From a virus (lineage: Duplodnaviria > Caudoviricetes): 64,000 nt of DNA. This document shows positions 38,874 through 48,676 of the stretch, one piece after another. The notes beneath the pieces were generated by a model. The model was not told where the DNA came from and did not search any database. It saw only the letters and a list, made by a program, of their open reading frames with translations. The DNA lies in the IMG/VR virus record IMGVR_UViG_3300014204_000127, positions 49,898 through 113,897 of that record. One strand, written 5' to 3'. Positions within the stretch are counted from its first letter, which is position 1; each line of letters begins with the position of its first letter. The translations under genes were made by a program, and so were the position numbers.

Positions 38874-39813
38874 TTTGTTTTAGTTGTGTTTCAATGTATT
38901 TAATAAACTCAATAACTTCATTGCGAACATTATCTTTTTTGCAGTAAGTTTGCAGATTATCTGGAAAAGATATTTTAACCTGTCTATCCGATTGCAGTAT
39001 CTTTAATAATTCACTGTAATCCCTTTTAATTTCTATTTTAGGGGTTTCCTGTATCAAAAACACATCTTCAGGTTTCTTATCAGTTACTTCAAAATACTCT
39101 AAAGACTTATTATCAGTATCATATATTGCCACTTTAGGTATTCTATTCATGTCCCTGTCTGCAACAGAAAGCCTAACAAGACTACCTGGATTCACAACAG
39201 TAATCCCATCTTTTTGATAATTATAAGGATAATGATAGTGGCCTACTATATATAGCGTATATCCTTTATATTTATCTATATATTGTGGTGGGTCAAATAT
39301 CTGTTGATTGATAAACAACGGCTTATCCCCAACCATATCATGTGAAACAAGTATATCAGCATTGCATTTAGGTGTTTCACCATAAGAACAAAGGTCTACA
39401 TTAATATCTGAAAAATTCTTAACAGATAGGTATATACCATGCCCAAACAGGGGGGAGTGTGTGCTGTTATTTAGCTTATCAATAAATGATAGAATCGACA
39501 CATCTTTGTAGATAATACTGTGGTATTTTAGGTCATGATTTCCATGTATACAAAACATAGGAACATCTGGCAAAATGGTTTTCTTGGTCTGAAGGATATC
39601 AAATACAAAAGCATAATTAGGATGAATAGTGTCAAATAAATCACCCGTTTGAAAAATGTAATTAACACCCTGTTGTTTGAATATGTTTAAAGCATTTTCA
39701 AACTTCTTTAAACAAACCGAACCAAAATCCTGTTCCCCTCTGTTTACAGGGGATTCGGTTCTAAAGTGTGTGTCACCTATTATTCCGAACTTCATTATCA
39801 ATACTCTCCCCAT
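38860..39813 (-). CDS. SbcD/Mre11-like nuclease
   Basis: GDTH, TGDLFD, GNHD, GHYH, NPGSL.R. Confidence 0.88.
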   Translation of the reverse strand: MGRVLIMKFGIIGDTHFRTESPVNRGEQDFGSVCLKKFENALNIFKQQGVNYIFQTGDLFDTIHPNYAFVFDILQTKKTILPDVPMFCIHGNHDLKYHSIIYKDVSILSFIDKLNNSTHSPLFGHGIYLSVKNFSDINVDLCSYGETPKCNADILVSHDMVGDKPLFINQQIFDPPQYIDKYKGYTLYIVGHYHYPYNYQKDGITVVNPGSLVRLSVADRDMNRIPKVAIYDTDNKSLEYFEVTDKKPEDVFLIQETPKIEIKRDYSELLKILQSDRQVKISFPDNLQTYCKKDNVRNEVIEFIKYIETQLKQIERN

Positions 39814-40079
39814 TTGCCAAGAGGAGTATATACATAAATGCCACTTTCATACATGCTGTGTGATTTTATATAGAAATCTATAGCAACATCGTTGGTTTTT
39901 GGTAATTCCCAGTAAGCACCACAAGGGCAAAACATTCTTTTGGTATAGTCAGACCATGTATTGGTATCTTTACAACACGGACATCTTTTAAAGGGCTTGG
40001 AAATTTCTTTTAAAGCGTGCTTTCGCATACCAATTATATCATTTTCTTTAAACTTTATACCGTCAAGAAAAATGTTCAT
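39798..40079 (-). CDS. hypothetical Zn-binding protein
   Basis: CPCC...CPCG. Confidence 0.6.
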   Translation of the reverse strand: MNIFLDGIKFKENDIIGMRKHALKEISKPFKRCPCCKDTNTWSDYTKRMFCPCGAYWELPKTNDVAIDFYIKSHSMYESGIYVYTPLGKWGEY

Positions 40080-40528
40080 TTGAGGTTTGTTCTTTCCTTA
40101 TCTGTTCCTATTTCTTTTATTGCTAAAGCATTAGTAATATCATCTACTTCTAATACCAATTGTTCCACACCATCAGCAAGGACTAGAATATCATGCACAA
40201 CTGGTGACATTAGTGCATCTTTTTCTTTCTTTAATATATGAGGATGTGCTTTTTTTTCGGCATCCAATTTAGAGACATATCCTAATTTGCTGGACAGTCT
40301 ATAAATACAACTACCCAATTTATCTAATCTGTTTGCCAGATAACCAAGAGCATTCTCAATATATAAATAAACATCATCTGATGTGGAACTATTTGAATAT
40401 GAAATACGCTTTTCATAATCAGCAGATACTAATCTAGCAACATCTTCCCCTGCTTTTTGAACTAAATCAACCAATTCTTGTCTTGTGATTTTTATATGTT
40501 CCTCGTTGTTTTTATGTGATTCTTCCAT
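40076..40528 (-). CDS. hypothetical protein
   Basis: AAGGA RBS, coupled ORF. Confidence 0.65.
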   Translation of the reverse strand: MEESHKNNEEHIKITRQELVDLVQKAGEDVARLVSADYEKRISYSNSSTSDDVYLYIENALGYLANRLDKLGSCIYRLSSKLGYVSKLDAEKKAHPHILKKEKDALMSPVVHDILVLADGVEQLVLEVDDITNALAIKEIGTDKERTNLK

Positions 40529-40552
40529 AACACTATCCTTTCATATATTAAT

Positions 40553-41683
40553 TTATCTACCACAAAGGGGACATTTCCCCAATTCTTTCATCTTTATATC
40601 AAAATCATTTTTAGACTCAATTGCCTCTTTTTCAAGTGACTGACACAATAGATGCTGTTTTTTAAAACTTTCAAGCAACTGCTTCATTTTTATCAATTTA
40701 GTCTTATTTTGATTATATTCATCTATTTTCTTTGTAATGCTGCCAAAATCATATTCAATCCTAGTAGGAATATTAATAGAATTATAGGCACCTAACATCC
40801 TTTTTATTCTATTCACTTCTGCAATGTTATCTTTGTATTTGCCTATTCTACCACTTATTTGCTCAAAGTCAAGAACTTTTTTGGCAGGAATAGTAATATT
40901 TTCAAAATCTCGTAAAAGTGTTCGTATTTTGTTAATAATTTGCATATTTTCATTATATTTATGCAAATTATTTTCAAGATTGTGCAATACTTTTACATCT
41001 AGTGACAACTTCGGGATAACAATGGAATCATATTTATTTATGATATCCCCAAGTTTTTCTATTTCCTGAACACCCTTATCATGTTTTTCTACATTCTGCT
41101 TATATCTATTTAATATTTCTTCATACTCAACAAGAAAAGAAAGGCCTTTTACAATCAACTGCTGTTCTTTTATTTGTTCATCTATTGTAGAAAGTTCACT
41201 ATTAAATCCCTTTAATTGGGATGCTATCTTTCTGGACATTTCTTCGGCATGTTCCAATTGAGTAAGGTCATTAATAGCAGATGCTAATTTTCCTCCGCTC
41301 ATTGTACCTGGTAAAAGGTAGTTACTTTCCGATTGCGATTGAAAGTTAATATCCCCCATGTTAGTCACATTTAATACCTCATCGGGTACATTTGTGCCAA
41401 TAGCAGACAACTTTTCACCATTTAGGGTGTAGTTATTGTCCTTTTTATCCCTATAACGCCCTATTATGCTATCATTCTGTTCTATTGTTACTCTGGTAAA
41501 CTTTGCCCAATGACTAATATACGATATATTGTTGGGCTTATTATACCACAGTAATTTAAGGGCACGAAGAATAGCAGATTTGCCATGTGTGGATTCACCT
41601 ACAAAGGCTGTAACCCCATCAGCAAGGTCAACTTCGGTGTCAGGGTGGGATTGGAAGTTCTCTATTTTAAGTGATTTAAGCAT
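40553..41683 (-). CDS. SbcC/Rad50 N-terminal ATPase half ending in a Zn hook
   Basis: IENFQSH, GESTHGKSAILRAL, Q-loop, terminal CPLCGR. Confidence 0.88.
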   Translation of the reverse strand: MLKSLKIENFQSHPDTEVDLADGVTAFVGESTHGKSAILRALKLLWYNKPNNISYISHWAKFTRVTIEQNDSIIGRYRDKKDNNYTLNGEKLSAIGTNVPDEVLNVTNMGDINFQSQSESNYLLPGTMSGGKLASAINDLTQLEHAEEMSRKIASQLKGFNSELSTIDEQIKEQQLIVKGLSFLVEYEEILNRYKQNVEKHDKGVQEIEKLGDIINKYDSIVIPKLSLDVKVLHNLENNLHKYNENMQIINKIRTLLRDFENITIPAKKVLDFEQISGRIGKYKDNIAEVNRIKRMLGAYNSINIPTRIEYDFGSITKKIDEYNQNKTKLIKMKQLLESFKKQHLLCQSLEKEAIESKNDFDIKMKELGKCPLCGR

Positions 41684-42009
41684 TTTTTATGTTCTAGACA
41701 ATATTCTAAGATTGCTATTTGGGCTTGGTCAAAAGAAGTAAACCAGTTATTGGTGGCAGAAAAGCCTCTTCCATAAATTGCATAAGTAGATTCATGAATT
41801 TCAATACAGACATTATGATTCTTTTCTATCCATTCCCTACAGGCACGCTCAAGAATGGCGGCAACTGCCAATTCATTTATAATATTCTCTACGTTACCAC
41901 GCTCATACCATGTTCCATCGCCATCATATACAAGCCAATCTATATCTTGTTCAAGAACTGGTATTTCTAGTTTTTTCATAAGCTCATATTTTTTAAGTGT
42001 TAAATTCAT
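41662..42009 (-). CDS. hypothetical protein
   Basis: Overlapping packed ORF. Confidence 0.6.
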   Translation of the reverse strand: MNLTLKKYELMKKLEIPVLEQDIDWLVYDGDGTWYERGNVENIINELAVAAILERACREWIEKNHNVCIEIHESTYAIYGRGFSATNNWFTSFDQAQIAILEYCLEHKKCLNHLK

Positions 42010-42316
42010 TTTTTAAACTTTCTGCCTTTTTTAGCAAATTAATCTCTGTTTTACAACAGTTCTTAAACTTCATTCCAGAACCACAGGGACAAACATCATT
42101 TCTACCAACCTTTTTAAAAACCCTCTTTATTGGTTTTACTCTTGGGCCATATCTGTATTCTAAACACCCTATACATAGTCCATTCCTGAACGCAAGGTTC
42201 TTTCCACAATCAACACACTTTTCTTTATGTGTGGGTGCCTCTTGTGTAATAGTAGTATCAGCCTGTTTTGTTCTTGTTTCAAAATCTGTGGTGTTTAGTA
42301 TTGATTTTGTCTGCAT
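41993..42316 (-). CDS. SEC-C motif protein
   Basis: [20 protein letters not shown] plus CxxC...CxxC. Confidence 0.85.
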   Translation of the reverse strand: MQTKSILNTTDFETRTKQADTTITQEAPTHKEKCVDCGKNLAFRNGLCIGCLEYRYGPRVKPIKRVFKKVGRNDVCPCGSGMKFKNCCKTEINLLKKAESLKNEFNT

Positions 42317-42352
42317 TTATATAACCTGTGTTTCCTTTTTTCTAAAACTATG

Positions 42353-42393
42353 AAATAAGTTAGAAAAGATTGGAGGGTTTTTCTAACTTATTT
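42353..42393. promoter_or_regulatory. Perfect 15-bp inverted repeat just downstream of a promoter
   Basis: aaataagttagaaaa-N11-ttttctaacttattt. Confidence 0.7.
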
Positions 42394-42399
42394 TATACT

Positions 42400-42427
42400 A
42401 TTATATCATATAATTCTAGTTTGTCAA
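42400..42427 (-). promoter_or_regulatory. promoter TTGACA-N16-TATAAT (extended -10)
   Basis: Intergenic consensus match. Confidence 0.7.
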
Positions 42428-42437
42428 TATAATATTT

Positions 42438-42965
42438 TCAATTGCCCCAATCTAATTGACTGTGTTTTAGGTTCTTTTTTTCTATTTCCTCCAGTTTTTC
42501 ACAAATTTCTTTATAATTCATCCAGTTTTCTTTATTTTGACCACTTTTTGAAAACTCTTTTAAATGTCTAACGCACCATTCATATTGATATAATCTGTTT
42601 TCTTTTAACCATTCGGCAAAAAATATGCCATTCTTATGTGCAGAATCCTTGCCAAATTTATGATGTCTACTACATAGGCAGATACCGACACGGGGGTCTA
42701 AGGATAGCAAATAATAAGCTTCTTTGGCTAATGTGTGATGTGCCTGTGTCTTTATGTCATTGCCACAAATACAACATTTATAGCCATCAAACTGTCTTAC
42801 AATTCTTGACCAAAGTTCATATGCACGCCTCTTCCAATACATAGAAAATGGATTCTCACGGTTCTTTTCAAGTCTTGATTTCTTAACTTTCTTTGTATTG
42901 GGGGATTTTATAGTCTTTTTTACACGTTTACGTTTTGTTGGTTTTTTTGGTTTTGGCAGTGTCAT
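42438..42965 (-). CDS. HNH/NinG-like nuclease
   Basis: W...VR..D...CCICG...QAHH...LCSRHH. Confidence 0.75.
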   Translation of the reverse strand: MTLPKPKKPTKRKRVKKTIKSPNTKKVKKSRLEKNRENPFSMYWKRRAYELWSRIVRQFDGYKCCICGNDIKTQAHHTLAKEAYYLLSLDPRVGICLCSRHHKFGKDSAHKNGIFFAEWLKENRLYQYEWCVRHLKEFSKSGQNKENWMNYKEICEKLEEIEKKNLKHSQLDWGN

Positions 42966-43085
42966 TTTATTACTAAAATCCTTGCATATAGTAGCAGAAT
43001 AGATGAAAAAGGAACTTCAGTTTGGTTCTGATTCTTCTAAACAAAAAAAAAGTGATTTGTTAGCTTATTAAAAGAATTGCGAATG

Positions 43086-44411
43086 TTAAAACCTCTTTTT
43101 ACGCTGTTTAATAGTGTGCATCTGATTCCAAACCCTTTCCACATCCACTATTAACTCATTTTCAAGATTCTTATCCTCAACATATGCAACAGCATCCTCT
43201 AATCCCTGTCCCATTGATTCTTCGCCCCATTTATACCAAGAACCTGATTTGCTTACAATAGGCTTGTATGCATCACAAAACTGCGTAATCTCTTTATCTT
43301 TTAGGCCATCTCCTAGCAGAAATTCTATATTACATCTTACATCATCAAGACCGAAGTCCCATAGGCAAATATAGGGGACACTCTGACAAGGGGAATATGT
43401 CTTATTTTTTTCGGTAAAAGCTGTTACCTTAATGCCAGCCAACGTCTCTATTCCATAAATATTCTTGACATTTACTTTACCACCTGATGTCAAGTTCACT
43501 CGAATAGATGCCATGAATTCTGCGGCCTTGCTTCCAACTGCTATAACAGACTTGCCCATTCCACTTAGATTTGCACGAACCTGGTCTACAAAAACAATGG
43601 TAAGCTGGGCACTGTTTAGTCTTTTTATATACTTTCTAAATCCTTCCGACATCTTTTTGTTCTTTTCACCACCAAAAGTGCCATCTTCCATCTTACGCTT
43701 AAGTTCGGCAGCAGATGTGATGGCAGTAATAGAATCGACGCACATTACAGCAGGACTTGATATTTCTCCCTTTTCTATACCCACAAGTACAGTATCAATA
43801 TAATCATCCCAAAGGGATTCAACTGTTTCTGGACTAAAACAGGCAAAATTAGTAGAATTAGCCTTTATATTGGATGTTATCATTGCTTTGATTGCAGTAG
43901 ACTTGTTTTTGGGCTTATTTTGTGCCTCTTTTTCTTTGCTAACCATATCAGCTAAAAAAGCATCATCAACATAATTACCTACATCGCATCCAAAAACCGC
44001 CCTAGCCCTATCAAAATCAAAAGAACCTTCAATATCGCACATAATAGCGGTTCCCCCTTTGCGAATAGCGTCACCCATTATGGTCTTACACATAATGGAC
44101 TTACCAGTAGAGGGCTGCCCATGAAATGAAACAACACGTCCATAAGGTATTCCACCATTAGATTTGCCTGAAATACCTAAATTAAGCAGGGTGCTTCCTA
44201 TATTCAGATATCCAGTAATTTCCTCTGATTCCCTGCCTTCTGTAGAAAGGGATTCCGAAATTGACTTCTTTTCTGGGATTATGCTTGTTTCAGTTTTTTC
44301 TGCCATATCCTCATCCACCACAACATCATCATCACTAATTTCATTCATTTCTGTTTCAGTTTGTTCCATATTGGAACTATCTGCTTCTTTATTTTTTTTA
44401 GGTCTTCCCAT
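43086..44411 (-). CDS. recA: RecA/UvsX-like recombinase
   Basis: GGIPYGRV, GQPSTGKS, CVDSITA, FVDQVR, KNK, SGSWY. Confidence 0.9.
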   Translation of the reverse strand: MGRPKKNKEADSSNMEQTETEMNEISDDDVVVDEDMAEKTETSIIPEKKSISESLSTEGRESEEITGYLNIGSTLLNLGISGKSNGGIPYGRVVSFHGQPSTGKSIMCKTIMGDAIRKGGTAIMCDIEGSFDFDRARAVFGCDVGNYVDDAFLADMVSKEKEAQNKPKNKSTAIKAMITSNIKANSTNFACFSPETVESLWDDYIDTVLVGIEKGEISSPAVMCVDSITAITSAAELKRKMEDGTFGGEKNKKMSEGFRKYIKRLNSAQLTIVFVDQVRANLSGMGKSVIAVGSKAAEFMASIRVNLTSGGKVNVKNIYGIETLAGIKVTAFTEKNKTYSPCQSVPYICLWDFGLDDVRCNIEFLLGDGLKDKEITQFCDAYKPIVSKSGSWYKWGEESMGQGLEDAVAYVEDKNLENELIVDVERVWNQMHTIKQRKKRF

Positions 44412-44432
44412 TTTTAATCTTTTCCTTATGTT

Positions 44433-44843
44433 TTATTTAACAGTATTGGACATGACAACCCATTTTTCAGAACTGCTTGATTCTATATGACAAGGCCATA
44501 TGATAAAATTTAATAGTGGCTGTGGTTTATAGTGTTCTATAATAAGGCAAAATACCGACGGTTGTTGTCTCTCTTGTAGTCGCGTGTATTTCATTGTTTC
44601 TTTGTAAGGGAGTTCAACATCATATGGCAGTATTTGTGTTGTTTTGATTGTTTGGGTTACAGAAGTATTTTGGTTTTTTTCGACACCATACTTTATTGAA
44701 AAAGCTGTTACAGTCCATAACCAAGATAGGCTTGTACATAGTAACACTACGGATGCTGCAAACAAAATCATATCCGAGTCCCCCTCCCATATTCCATAAA
44801 TCAAGAGAGCAGCCACAATCAATATAAAAATAATAAGTAACAT
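44433..44843 (-). CDS. membrane protein
   Basis: Two N-terminal hydrophobic segments. Confidence 0.6.
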   Translation of the reverse strand: MLLIIFILIVAALLIYGIWEGDSDMILFAASVVLLCTSLSWLWTVTAFSIKYGVEKNQNTSVTQTIKTTQILPYDVELPYKETMKYTRLQERQQPSVFCLIIEHYKPQPLLNFIIWPCHIESSSSEKWVVMSNTVK

Positions 44844-44846
44844 TTG

Positions 44847-45317
44847 TTATTCCTTTGTCAATTCGTTGTCATCATCAAAACTATCATTATTCAACTTGCT
44901 TATATCTGAACAATTAAAGTAATTTGACTTGTAAAGCTCTGTTTCCACCTGTATCATTGACTTCTTTTGAAGAAACGCTTGATAAAGTGCATTAGCAATA
45001 TCTGCCTCATAATCAGCATTAGCCTGCTGTAGTTTGGCTAGCTTAACTTCTTTAGAATTGATGACAGCGGCAGAAATGGACGATTCTGTAACCTTGTCAA
45101 GACCATAAGCATCTGGATTTTGACGAACTGACAGTGTGACAGCAGCCTCTACCTCATCCACGTGTATCTTAGCCTGTTTAGCAATCTTCTTTGCCTCTGC
45201 TGCAATAATTCCAGCCTGTTCACAATAAACTGGTTGTGACATTGCTTCCACATGCAATTGTTGTAAGTCTATGCCAAGCCTGTTTTTAAGTTCTTCTATT
45301 TTTTTATCGTTTTCCAT
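44847..45317 (-). CDS. UvsY-like recombination mediator
   Basis: Helical protein, K.TE..I...V motif, between RecA and SSB. Confidence 0.6.
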   Translation of the reverse strand: MENDKKIEELKNRLGIDLQQLHVEAMSQPVYCEQAGIIAAEAKKIAKQAKIHVDEVEAAVTLSVRQNPDAYGLDKVTESSISAAVINSKEVKLAKLQQANADYEADIANALYQAFLQKKSMIQVETELYKSNYFNCSDISKLNNDSFDDDNELTKE

Positions 45318-45332
45318 AATTTATTTCTCCTT

Positions 45333-45623
45333 TTATCCTATCACTGCCAAAATGTTTTCTTGGTCAAATACTGAATATTCAGTGTTCATGCCAACCTTTA
45401 TCTTAATGGCTGCATATTCCCTGAATATAACTCTATCCCCATCCTTGACAAGTGATTGTACAGTATTGCCATGTTCATCTTCATATGTTGAATTACAGGC
45501 AATAACTGTACCCATATACCGGGGATTCTTGGTATTTTTAGGAATATAGATGCCCCCTTTAGTAATCCTATCAGGGGCATCTACTTCCACAATCACCTTG
45601 TTTTTAATTGGTTTAATTTTCAT
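45333..45623 (-). CDS. groES: Co-chaperonin GroES
   Basis: IKPIKNKVIV, TKGGIYIP, VKDGDRVIF.EYA, NILAVI. Confidence 0.9.
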   Translation of the reverse strand: MKIKPIKNKVIVEVDAPDRITKGGIYIPKNTKNPRYMGTVIACNSTYEDEHGNTVQSLVKDGDRVIFREYAAIKIKVGMNTEYSVFDQENILAVIG

Positions 45624-45634
45624 AAGTTTTTCAA

Positions 45635-46681
45635 TTAAAAGAGAATATCTTCTGGGTTGACATCCTCACCTGGTGTATTTTCTACATTTGTTGGAGTACC
45701 CCCTGCTATTCCTGCTACATTCTGACGTAGCTTTTCAAGAGCACTTGGAGTTGGTTTGCCAGAAAGACCAAAATCAATATTATTAATGACTTCCTCTTTC
45801 TTTTCAACAACCTTTTCAGGAGATTCAGCTTGTGGTGTTGAAAAATTCTGCATAATCTGTGCTATTTCCTCATATGTCTTGAAAACAAGAATATCAGTAT
45901 ATCGGGGAACATTGCGGAATTCTTCTGGCACTGGTGTATCTGCCTTATCATAATCCAGTCCTACATACTTAGTATCAAGAGGCCCCTTGCCTGTACGTTC
46001 AAATCCTAGTACAAAACAGGAATCATAATCAGCAAAGTCATTATATCCCCCACTAATCTTGGATGACTTTGCTATAAGTTCCCTATAAAGACCTGATGGC
46101 CATAGGTAATAAAGAATCTGCTTTTGGGATGCCTTTTCATCTATAACCCATGACAGGTATTGCTTGGGGTTCTGTGATTTAGTTTCCACATCATAACTAT
46201 AACTCTGTAACTTCTTGGCCTCGTCTAATAGTTGCTGATACGGTTGATTTTCTCGCTTTAGTGTAAACGCCTGTTGTAGTCTTTCTGCTGACATCTCACA
46301 AATTGGACAACGTCCTTCCATAATTTCAGCAGGAACCTCAATACCATAACGAGAGAACACTTCTTTCATCTTGGTAGGACATAAAATTGAATGTGTTGTA
46401 TCCCCTATTTTAATATAGTGTACAAATAATTCTAGTCCATATCGTGTACTGTCCTCCGCTTGAGCGGCCAGAAGACGCATAATAATCTTTTTTGAGTGGC
46501 CTGTTATTGTCTTTCCAGTTTTTGCGTCTACAACATCCTCTGGTGTTGTAACCATCTTACCAATATTCATTGCCTCGAGTCTGTCTTCTGATACAATGAA
46601 TTGACTACCAGTCCTTATATTCATTGTTGCCACATGTGCGGTCTTGTCTGTCTCGATGTTGTCTACAAATCCTTGTCGCAT
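45635..46681 (-). CDS. Single-stranded DNA-binding protein (gp32-like)
   Basis: HY...CP...CPICE Zn site, RTGKG..TKY, acidic tail ending EDILF. Confidence 0.75.
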   Translation of the reverse strand: MRQGFVDNIETDKTAHVATMNIRTGSQFIVSEDRLEAMNIGKMVTTPEDVVDAKTGKTITGHSKKIIMRLLAAQAEDSTRYGLELFVHYIKIGDTTHSILCPTKMKEVFSRYGIEVPAEIMEGRCPICEMSAERLQQAFTLKRENQPYQQLLDEAKKLQSYSYDVETKSQNPKQYLSWVIDEKASQKQILYYLWPSGLYRELIAKSSKISGGYNDFADYDSCFVLGFERTGKGPLDTKYVGLDYDKADTPVPEEFRNVPRYTDILVFKTYEEIAQIMQNFSTPQAESPEKVVEKKEEVINNIDFGLSGKPTPSALEKLRQNVAGIAGGTPTNVENTPGEDVNPEDILF

Positions 46682-46828
46682 AATACTCTAACCTTCTTTC
46701 TTTATTTTAGGGATATGTGGTTTAATTTGCATTCTGTACACTCGTACATTTAACTTTGCATTACTTTCCTATTCCCTATTTATATTATATACCTAATTTT
46801 TCAGTTTAAACAAGTATTTTAAAAAATA

Positions 46829-47176
46829 TCAACTATTTCTTATTTCGTCTATTTGTTTGTTTAAATATTTAATGTCTTTTTCTATTGATTTGACATATTT
46901 TAGCATGTCTTTTTGAACTTTAAGCAGTTTTTCAGTATTCTTTATTTTTGTTGGAAGTACTGATATATTTTCAACCTTTGCTTTTTTACTTCCTGATTCA
47001 AGATATTCTAATTTAATATGTCCATCATATCCTGCTCTAATGGAATAAATATGTCCGTTTATATCGCCAAAATCCTTATTATATTTCTTGGCTATTATAA
47101 TAATTTCATATATTTTTTGTGTTTTTTCTTCCATTTGTCTCTCAATTATACCATATTGTTTTATTTTGTCAAGCAT
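46829..47176 (-). CDS. hypothetical protein
   Basis: Co-oriented ORF. Confidence 0.6.
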   Translation of the reverse strand: MLDKIKQYGIIERQMEEKTQKIYEIIIIAKKYNKDFGDINGHIYSIRAGYDGHIKLEYLESGSKKAKVENISVLPTKIKNTEKLLKVQKDMLKYVKSIEKDIKYLNKQIDEIRNS

Positions 47177-47185
47177 AAAATATAT

Positions 47186-48676
47186 TTATTTTTTATAATT
47201 TTTAATATATTCTAAAATAGTATTTCTAAGGTCTTCCTTATGTTCAAGTACACCCATTTTCTTTTCTTCAATGGTGTCTTTTACTACAAGATCAACAATC
47301 AGAACTCGGTTCTTTTGTCCCTGTCTACTTATTCTACCTATACACTGTTCTCTGGCAACAGATGACCACCCATTTGTGAAAAATACCATTACGTCACAAA
47401 CGTCCTGTAAACCGTCAAGTCCTGTTCCTGCCGTCTTGGGGTGGGCTATAAGTACCTTATATTCGTCATTCTTAATAAACAACTCTATATTGTGCTTCTT
47501 CTGCTTGTCGTTCACCCTCCCTGACATTTCAACACACTTTATTTTAAGTTTCTTGCAAAGGGCGTTTATCATGTCAGCTTCCTCATTAAACTCATGCCAT
47601 ATAATGACTTTTCGTTCTATCTGAAGAAGAAGTTCTTCAAGTTCATTCAGCTTATTAGACTTTATTTTGACAACTTCACCATTCTTATCATAACAAAATC
47701 CAGAAGGAATTTGAACCAACTTGCTTGTTTTAGTAAGCATGGTTACAGTACTTTCCTCACTACTTCCTTTTATAGATGTTTTAAATATATCAGATTGTAT
47801 TTCAGTTTTAAGTTCTGAAAGAACATCTGATAGAAATCTGGTCTGCTCTGGAGTAATATCAACATTTATAAGCTGATATACTATTTCTGGCAAATCAAGG
47901 CATTCCTCACGGCTGAATCGTATTGTCACATCCTTAATTTTTTCAAGTATTTTCCTCTGGGAAGATGGTTTTATATACCAATTAAACTTATCCCAGGGTT
48001 TCTTATAAAAATAGTTATTAAGAAAATACCAATAATTGTCTCCAAGTGTTGCTCCATTGTCTAAAACATAGTATTGTGACCACAAGTCCATTTCGTTATT
48101 ACAAACGGGAGTTCCGGTCATAATAATAACTTTTTGACAAAATCCTGATACAGCGGCACATAGTTGTGATTGAATTGCTGCTTTATTCTTGCAATTATGC
48201 GATTCATCTATAATAAGCCCATCAAAATTAGCTTGTTTTATAGATTCAGTATCAATAACTGTCTTTACCTTCCCATTTCTGTCCTCAAATTTTTCCATAA
48301 AAAGGGGTTTAAGTCCCTCATAATTAATAATATAAAAACCTTCTTCGCCTGTTTCAAGAATTTTCTTTCTTTGAATTGCCGTGCCTTTAAGGACATATAA
48401 TGGTGATTTGGTATGCAGTGTTATTTGTTTTACCCATGAATTCACCACACCGTTAGGGCAGACAACAAGAACTTTCTTTGTCTTCCATAACTGGTGCATA
48501 TAAAGGGAATTAAGTGTTTTTCCAGTGCCTATGCCATGATTTATGGCAATTCTATTTTTTTCAAGTCCCCAAAGTAATGTAATATACTGGTGGCGATTAG
48601 GTTTTGTTCTAAATCTGATATCCTTAAATATTATTTCAAGGTCTTCTTTTGATAAATCCAAGTAGTTGATGCTCAT
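47186..48676 (-). CDS. SNF2-type SF2 helicase
   Basis: GTGKT, IIDESH, MTGTP, Q..GRI.RQGQ. Confidence 0.9.
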   Translation of the reverse strand: MSINYLDLSKEDLEIIFKDIRFRTKPNRHQYITLLWGLEKNRIAINHGIGTGKTLNSLYMHQLWKTKKVLVVCPNGVVNSWVKQITLHTKSPLYVLKGTAIQRKKILETGEEGFYIINYEGLKPLFMEKFEDRNGKVKTVIDTESIKQANFDGLIIDESHNCKNKAAIQSQLCAAVSGFCQKVIIMTGTPVCNNEMDLWSQYYVLDNGATLGDNYWYFLNNYFYKKPWDKFNWYIKPSSQRKILEKIKDVTIRFSREECLDLPEIVYQLINVDITPEQTRFLSDVLSELKTEIQSDIFKTSIKGSSEESTVTMLTKTSKLVQIPSGFCYDKNGEVVKIKSNKLNELEELLLQIERKVIIWHEFNEEADMINALCKKLKIKCVEMSGRVNDKQKKHNIELFIKNDEYKVLIAHPKTAGTGLDGLQDVCDVMVFFTNGWSSVAREQCIGRISRQGQKNRVLIVDLVVKDTIEEKKMGVLEHKEDLRNTILEYIKNYKK

